The notes under the pieces: model-generated
What the model saw: the letters and a program-made list of their open reading frames with translations, nothing else
What the model was told of the DNA's origin: nothing
The model's database searches: none
Program-made: the position numbers and the translations under genes
Part shown: one piece after another, positions 38,526 to 47,476 of the stretch
How the letters are laid out: the number at the start of each line of letters is the position of its first letter
Numbering within the stretch: the first letter of the stretch is position 1
From: Terrimicrobiaceae bacterium
GTDB lineage: Bacteria; Verrucomicrobiota; Verrucomicrobiia; Chthoniobacterales; Terrimicrobiaceae
DNA length: 64,000 bases
Direction: 5' to 3'
NCBI GenBank assembly: GCA_041752695.1
Contig: JBGSVZ010000113.1
Span: forward strand, 1-64,000

Positions 38526-39895
38526 TGTCTGGCTCCCAACCCATCGACATTACCGTCTACCACGCCATCGGGGATGGAAAGACGCTCAACACGGCGGCGA
38601 TCCAGTCCGCCATCGATGCGGCCGTTGCCCCCGGTGGCGGCGGGCATGTTGTTGTTCCCCCGGGAACATTCGTGACAGGCACCCTCCATTTACGAAGCAA
38701 TCTTTGGCTCGAACTCCGACCGGGCGCGGTCCTGGCGGGGTCGCCCCGCATCGAGGATTATCAGGCACTCGAAGCCGGCTTCCAAAAAGATCTCCAGCCC
38801 TTCCACCTGGTGGTGATCCAAGATGCCGAAAACATGCGCATCTCGGGTCCGGGCCGGATCGACGGAAACGGACCGGCATTCTGGGAATCCGAGCCCACGC
38901 CGTCCGGCTGGATTCGCGAATTCGCACAACGGCCAAGTCCGATGATCGTCTGCTCAGACTGCCACCGTCTTGTCTGGGACAACGTCGAGATTACAAACTC
39001 CCCGGGCTGGACACTCCACCTCAAACGTTGTGAGGACGTACAGGTCCGAGGAGTAACAATCCGCAACAACCTGTTCGGACCAAACACCGACGGAATCGAC
39101 ATCGACGGGTGCCGCGATGTTCGCATCTCGGATTGCCTGATCATTGCAGGCGATGACGCGATCGTCCTCAAAACCACACCGGACTCACAAAGCTGCGAAC
39201 GCGTGACAGTAACAAACTGTATCATCTCGACCAACTGCCGGGCACTAAAACTGGGAGCGCACGAGTCGTTTCACGATATGCGTGACGTTGTCTTCAGCAA
39301 CTGCGTCGTGGAAAAATCCGTCACGGCTCTCTGCCTCATCACGCGCAACGGCGCAGTCTATGAGAACATCACCGTAAACAACATTGTCGGGCATTCTTTT
39401 TCAAATCCGGACTACAACCAGCCCATCCACATCGACTCGGCCAGGATCAACCCCGATGCCAAACCGGGGACGATCCGAAATGTCCTGATCAGTAATTTCA
39501 TCTGCCATTCCAATGGCCCTATTCTCATAACCGGCGAACCCGGGCACCCTGTCGAAAATATAACCCTGCGAGGGATTCAGGTTCATCCCAAAGACGTCCA
39601 CGACCCGTATCCCGGAGGGCTCACCGCAACGGGGCCGCAATTTTCCCCCGCAACTCCGGAGGCGCGGGCAGCGAGGGCCGCCATCGTGGTTCAGCACGCG
39701 CGGAATTTCGTCGCAAAAGACGTCTCGGTCTTGTGGCCTGAAGACGTGCCCGCCGGTTTTCACGGGTTCTGGGCCTCGGATGTCATCGGCGGCCTCGTGG
39801 ATCTGTCGCTGATCCGCCCTTCCATTTACGGTGTGCCGACGGCGCACCTCGAGAACAGCACATTGCACCTAAGCCCCAGTTGCATGCCGCAGTGA
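38525..39895 (+). CDS. GH28 family glycoside hydrolase (polygalacturonase-like)
   Basis: NTAAIQSAID, NTDGIDID, GDDAIVLK. Confidence 0.88.
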   Translation: MSGSQPIDITVYHAIGDGKTLNTAAIQSAIDAAVAPGGGGHVVVPPGTFVTGTLHLRSNLWLELRPGAVLAGSPRIEDYQALEAGFQKDLQPFHLVVIQDAENMRISGPGRIDGNGPAFWESEPTPSGWIREFAQRPSPMIVCSDCHRLVWDNVEITNSPGWTLHLKRCEDVQVRGVTIRNNLFGPNTDGIDIDGCRDVRISDCLIIAGDDAIVLKTTPDSQSCERVTVTNCIISTNCRALKLGAHESFHDMRDVVFSNCVVEKSVTALCLITRNGAVYENITVNNIVGHSFSNPDYNQPIHIDSARINPDAKPGTIRNVLISNFICHSNGPILITGEPGHPVENITLRGIQVHPKDVHDPYPGGLTATGPQFSPATPEARAARAAIVVQHARNFVAKDVSVLWPEDVPAGFHGFWASDVIGGLVDLSLIRPSIYGVPTAHLENSTLHLSPSCMPQ

Positions 39896-40273
39896 AAAAC
39901 GACTGCCCGGAAACGTATCCGAGCCTGCTCGCCGCGTGATACGAAATCATCGACGCGGACTATGGCTGCCGGGTTCGAATTCTCCCTGCCCTGCCTCGAT
40001 GGCGGGTCAGGCACCTGCACACGACCCGCGGGAAATGTCGAAGCCGGATGAAGATCCGGAACCTCGCGAACAGGGCATCCTACGCGAGTATATCATTCGC
40101 CGCAAATCTCGACTTCTCCATACGCTCCGTTGGGTTGTCCCAAAGTGACCTCCACGAGATACTAAATCCGTCCTTACAGAAAACTCCCTCGTGGGTCGAA
40201 TAGACCATCAATTCCTAGCAATCTGGGAGGCTTCCCAAGGCGTTTCCAAACTTCACCTGATCTGCATTAATCG

Positions 40274-41233
40274 ATGAACCCCGCCAACCCGCTTTTTCCT
40301 CCACCGAATGCAGGATCCGCCCTCCGCGAGCAGTCATCCTCCACAAACCGGAAAGGCTGTTTTCGCCCGCGGGTCTGCCTCCTGCTCATTCTCTCCGCCT
40401 GCCTTCTGCCCGCGCTGCCTGTCCGAGCGGATTCGAAGAAAAAGGACACTGAGAAATCAAAAGCTGAGAAACTGCAGGCCGACCGAAGCCGTGCAGTGAC
40501 CACTCATCTGACGTTTCTGAAACCTTACATGCCTCACCTCACGCCTGCCGACATCAAAGGACGGAGTCTCGATGGCCTGCGCCGCCTCTACTACGAGGCC
40601 TTCCGTGCACAGGGACTCAGCATCGAAGAGTCCACCGCCAAGGCGGCCGCAGAAATTACCCCGGAGAGGGCGCGGGAAGTGAATATTAATAAATACTCCT
40701 CGACCAGTGCCTCGAAAGAGCAGTCTGAAAAATCTGTCAAAGTCCATTTTGACTACCTATCCGTCTATAATCCCGGTCTCACCATGTCGGATCTTCAGAA
40801 AAAAAGCATCGCGGATCTGCGTCGCCTTTACTACGAGGCTTACATCAGTCAAGGGGTCAGCATTGTGAATGCCAAACGCCAGGCTGATGAACTTGATCTC
40901 CAGCCCGAGAAAAAACCCAAGATCAATCCCCCCTCCACGCCTGCTGATGAACCGGCCGTGGTCGATACCAACTTCGAATACCTGAGCCCGCACCTTCCGT
41001 GGCTCAAGCCCGGGGACCTGAAGAACAAGAGTGACTCGGACCTTAAACGCCTTTACTACGAGGCCTATCGTGCGCAGGGGATGAGCATGCAAGAGGCTAC
41101 CCGGACGGCCGATTCTCTGATTGTGGTCACCCTTTCCGCCGGAGACGATCCCTACTCGCTTGAGGCCGGGCAGATTGCAGCCTCAAGCAAAACCACCGTC
41201 AACAGCAAGCCAAGCCCCACCCCGAAAAAATAG
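40274..41233 (+). CDS. Secreted hypothetical protein with three ~50-aa internal repeats
   Basis: Hydrophobic signal; three copies of (Y/F)L.P..P.L...D....S...L(R/K)RLYYEA(Y/F)..QG. Confidence 0.75.
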   Translation: MNPANPLFPPPNAGSALREQSSSTNRKGCFRPRVCLLLILSACLLPALPVRADSKKKDTEKSKAEKLQADRSRAVTTHLTFLKPYMPHLTPADIKGRSLDGLRRLYYEAFRAQGLSIEESTAKAAAEITPERAREVNINKYSSTSASKEQSEKSVKVHFDYLSVYNPGLTMSDLQKKSIADLRRLYYEAYISQGVSIVNAKRQADELDLQPEKKPKINPPSTPADEPAVVDTNFEYLSPHLPWLKPGDLKNKSDSDLKRLYYEAYRAQGMSMQEATRTADSLIVVTLSAGDDPYSLEAGQIAASSKTTVNSKPSPTPKK

Positions 41234-41340
41234 CATTTAGCGATCAAGAATTTTGAGCATGGTGGGCCCTCCCTCAACTTGCGGTCCCCAAGGATTGTCC
41301 CGCAACAAGCTCATTGCCGTGAGTGCACTCTCCCTTTGTT

Positions 41341-41409
41341 TCCGCTCCAACCAATCAAACAACCCGCAGAACTTCAGTTTTGAAGTGTCCCACTTCAGGG
41401 GTCAGGCCA
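41341..41409 (+). mobile_element. Possible IS3-family right-end remnant
   Basis: gtgtcccacttcaggggtcaggcca resembles IS3 terminal repeats ending in CA; no transposase ORF present. Confidence 0.35.
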
Positions 41410-41655
41410 AACCGGCTGCGAATCAGTGCGGAGGATTCCAATGCTGCGGTTAAAACCCTGATGAACAAAGGAAACCAACGCTCCCATGGAATGGCGTGGG
41501 CCTTTCGAAGGTGCCTCGATAACAGCTTAGCGGTGTCCACCGAACGTTGAGTACCTATCTGGAGTTTTTCTTCAATCCCGAAATCTCCGAAGTCCTATGC
41601 GTAAACGAACCGAGGTTCTCCGCCTCCGAGATCGACGCTGAAATATCGTCGAACT

Positions 41656-41719
41656 TGTGTGTCTGAAAAAAGGTGCTATGTGTGTCTAAATCCTGCTCAT
41701 GCTGCACATGTTGCTCATG
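41656..41719 (+). repeat. Short direct repeats, candidate integrase arm sites
   Basis: tgtgtgtct at 41656 and 41679; tgc(t/a)catg three times at 41694, 41703, 41712. Confidence 0.55.
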
Positions 41720-41782
41720 ACGCACGTATTGATAGTCAGACAATTACAAAAATTAAAGACGGTTTCAGAGGAGAGCCATAAC

Positions 41783-41829
41783 GGCTCATAACCTGAAGGT
41801 CGTAGGTTCAAATCCTACCCCCGCAACCA
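41783..41829 (+). tRNA. 3' fragment of initiator tRNA-Met (CAT), att site; not a complete tRNA
   Basis: ggctCATaacctgaaggtcgtaGGTTCAAATCctacccccgcaaCCA gives the anticodon loop, T-arm and acceptor 3' strand. The upstream sequence lacks the CGCGGGG 5' strand and D-arm. Confidence 0.85.
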
Positions 41830-41834
41830 ATTTC

Positions 41835-41869
41835 AAAGCCTTGTAGGTCAATGACTTACAAGGCTTTTT
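41835..41869 (+). terminator. Hairpin/intrinsic terminator after the tRNA fragment
   Basis: aaagccttgta...tacaaggcttt followed by T tract. Confidence 0.75.
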
Positions 41870-41898
41870 GATTTTCTGCGAAAAACGGGTTTCCGGCC

Positions 41899-41931
41899 AA
41901 CGTGAACAAAAACCCCGAAAAACGTGAACAA
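41899..41931 (+). repeat. 11-bp direct repeat aacgtgaacaa, candidate integrase arm site
   Basis: Copies at 41899 and 41921, just upstream of the integrase. Confidence 0.55.
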
Positions 41932-42024
41932 TTCACGCTTGTAGCGGAGTCGGGTTTTGGGTTCGCGGGCGGCGTGATGGACGCCGCAGGTTGCTGGTTC
42001 CAGTGCCTTGAAAAGCACCGAACC

Positions 42025-43260
42025 ATGGCCTCACTCTACAACCGCGACGACAGCAAAGAATACTGGATCTGCTGTTATCCCCAGTCCGGGGGACGACCGG
42101 CGCGTGCCAGCACATCAACGGAGGACCCCCGGGAGGCTGAGCGGATTCTGGAAAAGGTGAAACTGCTGGTCGCACTCGAACGAATGAAGGATGTGCCGGT
42201 CCCCGCAAAAATCCTGGCTCGTTTGGAGGGGCTTCCCGGTTCGACCGCAGCGGAACCTCAACCAAAAAAAGAAAAGCCGGACGACTTGCGGGCCGCCCTC
42301 CGCGCTCTCGTCACGCGAAGCGCCGCCGGCAACGTCCGCGCCGCACTCAACAACAAACTCTCCCAGCTCCGTCAGTTTTTTGGGTCCTCCCTGATTAACG
42401 AGATCGATCCCCGCAAGCCCGAACACCGCCGTCATGCCCGGCGGCGCGAACCTCTGAAACCTTCGTTCAAGGGAACGACTTTGGCCGACATCACGCCTGA
42501 CGTTCTGCTCACCTTCCTGCACGAAAAGAAGTTCGGTCTAGCCAGCAAGCGACACTACCGCGAGATTTTCCACGAGTTGTTCCGCGTCGCGCTGGTCAAC
42601 GGGTTCTATGTGCCCTCCAATCCCTACGCGCCCAATCCCGCCTTGGAACTGCCGAGTTACAAGGGGACGGATGGCCCGATCGTCGTCTTGACAGCGGACG
42701 ATGTGGCGCGGCAATACGACGCCGTTACCTCCGACCCAAAAATCCTCTTCGGCTGCCAAATCATGATCGAAGGGGGATTTCGCCTCCACGAGGCCCTGGC
42801 CCTGCGCCGCACCAGCATTGCGGAGGATTTTTCCTACATCAGCCTTTTGCTGCCACAACCGACGTCGGGCCAAAGCACCAAACTCAAAACCGGGGAGCGT
42901 CCGGTCACCGTGCGGCCTGAACTCGAATGCCACCTGCGCCGTCACCTTTCGATGATCGAAACCGACTGGCTCATCGCTTCCCCCTCCGGACGGCGCTGGA
43001 ACAGCAACGCCTTTGGCGATCGCTTGCGAGAACTCAATCGTAAGGCCAAGCTACCATGGACCACGCAGGATTTCCGCCATACCTTTGCCACCAACCGAAT
43101 CCGGGAAGGATGGAACCTCAAAACTCTCGCCGAGGAGATGGGCACAAGCGTCGTCATGCTGATGGAACACTACGCTGGCCATATTGCGCCTCCCGTGCGA
43201 GCGGCCTTGAAATCCCATCCGGGCAACGAGGGGAATTCGACATCGAGTCGTCTCCCTTGA
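42025..43260 (+). CDS. Tyrosine recombinase/integrase
   Basis: GFRLHEALAL, KLKTG, QDFRHTFAT, EMGTS...EHYA; adjacent to the tRNA att. Confidence 0.9.
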   Translation: MASLYNRDDSKEYWICCYPQSGGRPARASTSTEDPREAERILEKVKLLVALERMKDVPVPAKILARLEGLPGSTAAEPQPKKEKPDDLRAALRALVTRSAAGNVRAALNNKLSQLRQFFGSSLINEIDPRKPEHRRHARRREPLKPSFKGTTLADITPDVLLTFLHEKKFGLASKRHYREIFHELFRVALVNGFYVPSNPYAPNPALELPSYKGTDGPIVVLTADDVARQYDAVTSDPKILFGCQIMIEGGFRLHEALALRRTSIAEDFSYISLLLPQPTSGQSTKLKTGERPVTVRPELECHLRRHLSMIETDWLIASPSGRRWNSNAFGDRLRELNRKAKLPWTTQDFRHTFATNRIREGWNLKTLAEEMGTSVVMLMEHYAGHIAPPVRAALKSHPGNEGNSTSSRLP

Positions 43261-43282
43261 ACCCCAGGCACGTTTTTCTTGA

Positions 43283-43855
43283 TCACCTCATCCACGAGCA
43301 CCAAGGTGCGCCGCAGCCCCTGCTCGGGATCTCGGCCTTGCTGTCGCGCAGGATGTGCCCGACAAGCGGCTTTGCTCTTGCTCCGAGGGCGGCGTAGATA
43401 CTGATGAGGGCGGCCACAGCCTCGGCGTTCGGAGCGTCGAGCTTTTCGAGAGCTTCTCGCAGACAGACCTGCATCTCGTCGGCATAGAGGGACCAAACAA
43501 TGCCTGCAATTGCAAGGCCTTGATCCGAACCGGATTTGATGGCCGCAATGAGAACCGGAGCAAGAGAGTAATAGACCCGCGGGCATCTGAGCGCCTTGGC
43601 CGCTGGCTCTTCGACAAAGACAGATTTCTTATAACGCAACGCCTCGAGGTGTCCCTCGGCGGATCGGATACTGTCATCCAGATACCTAAGCGCCTCCTCT
43701 TGGAAATCCAAATCAGACAGTCTTTCAAGGCGGACCCTCTCCGCGGGTCTGTCTGCATCGGGCAGGCAGTTGTAATCCGCGATCTGAGGAATCAGCTCGG
43801 TTCGAGCTTTCGCAAGGTCGGTAGTGAGATGGTTGAAGGGGATGTTTTTGTTCAT
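43283..43855 (-). CDS. Hypothetical protein
   Basis: Helical ORF directly following DUF5131; ATG at 43855. Confidence 0.55.
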   Translation of the reverse strand: MNKNIPFNHLTTDLAKARTELIPQIADYNCLPDADRPAERVRLERLSDLDFQEEALRYLDDSIRSAEGHLEALRYKKSVFVEEPAAKALRCPRVYYSLAPVLIAAIKSGSDQGLAIAGIVWSLYADEMQVCLREALEKLDAPNAEAVAALISIYAALGARAKPLVGHILRDSKAEIPSRGCGAPWCSWMR

Positions 43856-43859
43856 AGAT

Positions 43860-44690
43860 TCAGGAGATTTTCGGTAATCCATCGTGGTAAATGCCATCCA
43901 GGCATCGCCCTGACATCGCTGTTCCGAGCCCGATCATCAGGGCCGCTGTCTCCCCGTCGGGGACAGCAATGGGCCGGACATTCTTCCGGGAGTGAGGGGT
44001 GCCAACCGGTGCCCACTGTCCCCACTGTTTGAAGAAAAACGGAATGGAGGCGGAATCCGCATAGTCGCGGAGATTGCGAAACCACGATGGGGGTGTCGGA
44101 CGCGCGCTCGAGGAACTTTCCCCCCCGGTGATAATCCAGTTGATTCCCGGGAACTTCTCCAGATTCAAGGGACCCAGCAGCGGTTCGGCGGAGATGAACC
44201 GGACAGGAGCATTGTGCTCCAACAGGTGAGGCAAGCGGGTTTCTGCCCATCTTTGATTTTCGACGGTCGCGCCAAGCCAAATATTTTCTGGCCAGTCCCC
44301 GGACCGTCCCCAACGGCTGAGGTGACGGATGTTCTCCGGCCGCTTCGTCAGGAGCAACCACCGCAACTGACGGGTCTGCTCGATCAGATCCCACAGTCGT
44401 TCCCGCTCGGAATCAAGAGATCGGTTTTTCTCGAAGACGTCGGCCATGGAGGCGCAAAACACGTGCGGATTATCCCCGGCTTCAATCGCGGCCTTATTCC
44501 AAGCCAGCGGCTCGCGCCAGTGAGAGTCGCCGAAGAAACGTCGCGGGCTACCAGGTCCCCAAATTTTGTGGCCGGTTCGCCGGGACCAGGTCTCGGCATA
44601 GCAGTTCTGACACGCTTCGGACACTTTCACGCATCCCCACCACGGGCTGTAGGTGTGCCGCGTCCAACCGATTTTGGAGTTCTTGCCCAT
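43860..44690 (-). CDS. DUF5131 / phage Gp37-Gp68 family protein
   Basis: SKIGWT...GCVKVSEACQNCYAE, VFCASMAD, LLTKRPEN, FISAEPLLG, WIITGGES, FFFKQWG. Confidence 0.92.
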   Translation of the reverse strand: MGKNSKIGWTRHTYSPWWGCVKVSEACQNCYAETWSRRTGHKIWGPGSPRRFFGDSHWREPLAWNKAAIEAGDNPHVFCASMADVFEKNRSLDSERERLWDLIEQTRQLRWLLLTKRPENIRHLSRWGRSGDWPENIWLGATVENQRWAETRLPHLLEHNAPVRFISAEPLLGPLNLEKFPGINWIITGGESSSSARPTPPSWFRNLRDYADSASIPFFFKQWGQWAPVGTPHSRKNVRPIAVPDGETAALMIGLGTAMSGRCLDGIYHDGLPKIS

Positions 44691-44693
44691 AAA

Positions 44694-45728
44694 CTACGAT
44701 GTTTGAGTTTTACTGACCTTGTCCTTCTTGCGGCGATGAAGAGCCTTGGCTTCGAGGTTCTTTCGACAACGGGCCAGGACGATCCCGTCGAGGACATTCC
44801 GGCACATTTCTAGGGCCAGCAGGATGAGAGTCCGATAGACTTCCGGCTCTTCACGAAGAATGGTCTCGAAGAGCTCCTTCCAAGGTCGGGCATCTTCGGA
44901 GGCAAGCTTCGAGGGCTGTAAGGCAAGGAGGCTGTCCAAGATCACGTTTTCGGTGGCTTTCGTTGCGAACGAAGTCTCGATGCGATCCAGCACTTCGGGG
45001 CTGACCACACGGCGAATGACTGACTTCAACTCGGGAGTCAGCTTCGCCGTCCAGCCACCGTCCGGTTCCTCAGGCTGTTCCCCTTGTTTGCTCGGCGCGG
45101 TCAACCGCAAGCTGGTGCCGTTAGGCTGACGGCGTCCAAATGGTATCTGGTGGTCACGGCAATAGTCCCGGAGGGCGTCCCGCACAAGGCCTGCAGAGAT
45201 TCCTTCATCCCTGCAGGCATCCCGTGCGAACTGCCATGCTGCGATCCAGTGGTCAATATCGACCTTCACCAACTCTTCCCTGCACCGGCCGTTCGGCCGA
45301 ACGGCGAGCAGCCCCTCGGCGGCGAAGACATAGTAGACCCGGGCTTCGTCGAGCACTTTGAAAAGCTGCGGTTTCGATAGATCCGCAAAGGCCTTGGCAA
45401 AATCTGTTATCGTCGGAAATTCCTCTTTCCACTGTTCCTCCTCGTACACCTGCAGAAGTGCAAGGTTTCGCGTAGTCAGTCCCTTTTCCACCATGCGGAT
45501 GATTTCGCAGTTGCGGCGATAGCGCTGCTTCCCTTCCGGCGGAAGGAGTCCTGTCCGGCACACCTTCTTGATGGCGCTGATTTCCTTCACCAGCTTCGCA
45601 CTGAGATCTTCCAGCGGGTCAGGAGCAATAAGAGCATCGTTCAAAAGGGGTATGCTTTCGATGGCGCTTTCGGGCTGAATATCCTCTTTCATATCCCATG
45701 GAATAAAGACCGGACCTGCGGCATCCAT
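44694..45728 (-). CDS. Mobile-element hypothetical protein with HTH-like segment
   Basis: ALLQVYEEEQWKEEFPTITDFAK...LSKPQLFKVLDEA resembles plasmid/island DNA-binding proteins; start uncertain. Confidence 0.55.
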   Translation of the reverse strand: MDAAGPVFIPWDMKEDIQPESAIESIPLLNDALIAPDPLEDLSAKLVKEISAIKKVCRTGLLPPEGKQRYRRNCEIIRMVEKGLTTRNLALLQVYEEEQWKEEFPTITDFAKAFADLSKPQLFKVLDEARVYYVFAAEGLLAVRPNGRCREELVKVDIDHWIAAWQFARDACRDEGISAGLVRDALRDYCRDHQIPFGRRQPNGTSLRLTAPSKQGEQPEEPDGGWTAKLTPELKSVIRRVVSPEVLDRIETSFATKATENVILDSLLALQPSKLASEDARPWKELFETILREEPEVYRTLILLALEMCRNVLDGIVLARCRKNLEAKALHRRKKDKVSKTQTS

Positions 45729-45738
45729 CACACTGCCA

Positions 45739-46053
45739 TCAGGAATCGTGGTCCAAGTTGATCTCCTCCATGAGGCGGGCAAGATTTCGCCTCATTGTCC
45801 CTATGGTTCCTGTTTTGGACAGGCGAAGCTCCTCGTCTCCAATAGCACCGACCCTTTTCTCCCGGTCGTCGATTTCCTGACCGAAGTCGTCGATCAATCC
45901 TTCGATGGTTTCCCCGAAGCGCTTCCCCTCGGTTTCCTCCCAGATTCTCAGCGCCTTTACCAATCTCGCAGGGGGAATCTCCGGGATTTCCAGCAGATGA
46001 CGGATCTCGTCTTCGATCAAGCCTCCCTCGTGCGAAGAGATGCTGTCTTCCAC
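45739..46053 (-). CDS. Hypothetical protein
   Basis: Acidic helical 104-aa ORF fitting the operon. Confidence 0.5.
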   Translation of the reverse strand: MEDSISSHEGGLIEDEIRHLLEIPEIPPARLVKALRIWEETEGKRFGETIEGLIDDFGQEIDDREKRVGAIGDEELRLSKTGTIGTMRRNLARLMEEINLDHDS

Positions 46054-46084
46054 AGACTCACACCCTGAATTGCCTCCCAGGGCC

Positions 46085-47476
46085 TCACTGTACTGTCGGG
46101 CTTTCGAGCGGACTTCCGAAGTCGAAGTTGCTCACGTACCCGCGGCGGCGCATCAGAGAGAGAATCAGTTCGTTGGTTTCGCTACACTTGTTCGCGAGCC
46201 AGCCAATGGGGGTTGTCCGAAGCGACTGCAGGGCCATTTCAAGCAGGGGACTCACATCAACGCACACGCTCCCGTCTGAGGCTTCCGTCCGGAAGAGATG
46301 CGCGTAGGCCTGCCACGACCGCCATCCCCCAACTACGAAACGGTTTCTGCATGTTGGCCAGGTGCGGTTGGGACCATCCGGTGAGTCCAATGGGAGAATC
46401 GCGACGAAACGGACCCGCTTGCCAAGCCATTCCGCCAAGAATGCGGGCACGCCGAGAACACCACCGAGTATCCACGCGAGCATTTGCAAGCATTGCTGAG
46501 TCAGCTTCCGAGCGGGGAAGCGCTGTCGGTTTCGCTTTTTGTTCGGAATTTCATCCCCGTCGCAGCGCACAATCATTCGATCCGACTCGCGCAGTGCCAA
46601 GTAGGCCTCCACCGACGTCGCGGTCGGCATCTTCTGTTTCAGGTCTTCCAATACGGAGGCGGGCACCCCGAGAACCTCCTCCGCGACGGCGTCAAGTGAG
46701 GGAATATCGCGTCGCTCAGCCAATCCGAGAAGCAACTCCCACAAGAGGCGAAACGGGCCAGACAGGGCCCCAAAGTCCTTTGTCTTTGCATCCGCGGGCA
46801 CAGGCCCGTCAACCCAGGCGCGAAGTTCCGACTGGGACACTCGCGTTGACGTCCAATCCGCCAGGGTGGTCCGTTCTTTTTCAACCACGGCAAGCTGATC
46901 CTTCAGTGGTGTGAACAGCGCACCGAGGTCCGCGCCGGGTTTGTGAGCAATCCGGGTTTTGCCCAGGGTCACACCAACGACCATGCCATTGCTGCAGACC
47001 AAGCGGAACCAGCCCAGATGGGAGCGGACCGCAGACGTGCCATCAACCGAGTTCCGGCAAACCAACCGAAGGCCAACATCATGCGCGTCGGGGCTCATCG
47101 CGTAGGCACTGCCGAACATCAACTCGAACATGATCCGCTCACAGTTTTCCGTTGCGTGAATTTTTACATTCGTGGCCTGAGAGTCCGGAACTTGCTGGGT
47201 GAAACTCAGCGCGGCTCGCAAAACCTCGTGATGCTGAATGATCCGATAAGTCTTGGAGACCATTCCCACCGGAACCGGTGCAGGCTCTGCGGTTTGGGCG
47301 CCGGGCCTTCGAACGACAAGGTCGAGATTGGCGTTCTTTCCCAGATTGAATGACTCAGGCGCGACTTTGTCGAATTCCGGTAGGAGAGAAAGAGCCCCAT
47401 CGATCGCCCCCGAGTATTTTTCGGTCATCGGGAGTGATCCCCAACTCCGCGTTGGATTGAGAGTTTCCACGGTCAC
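46085..47476 (-). CDS. DUF932-like protein, apparently chimeric C-terminal half
   Basis: VGMVSKTYRIIQHHEV, NSVDGTSA, RLVCSNG in the N-half; unrelated-looking C-half. Confidence 0.7.
   Translation of the reverse strand: MTVETLNPTRSWGSLPMTEKYSGAIDGALSLLPEFDKVAPESFNLGKNANLDLVVRRPGAQTAEPAPVPVGMVSKTYRIIQHHEVLRAALSFTQQVPDSQATNVKIHATENCERIMFELMFGSAYAMSPDAHDVGLRLVCRNSVDGTSAVRSHLGWFRLVCSNGMVVGVTLGKTRIAHKPGADLGALFTPLKDQLAVVEKERTTLADWTSTRVSQSELRAWVDGPVPADAKTKDFGALSGPFRLLWELLLGLAERRDIPSLDAVAEEVLGVPASVLEDLKQKMPTATSVEAYLALRESDRMIVRCDGDEIPNKKRNRQRFPARKLTQQCLQMLAWILGGVLGVPAFLAEWLGKRVRFVAILPLDSPDGPNRTWPTCRNRFVVGGWRSWQAYAHLFRTEASDGSVCVDVSPLLEMALQSLRTTPIGWLANKCSETNELILSLMRRRGYVSNFDFGSPLESPTVQ

Noticed and set aside
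39936..40148. 70-aa ORF after GH28
   Set aside because: No motif support, and it overlaps a candidate operator
41750..41829. Complete tRNA-Met gene
   Set aside because: The 5' acceptor strand and D-arm are absent; only the 3' part is present
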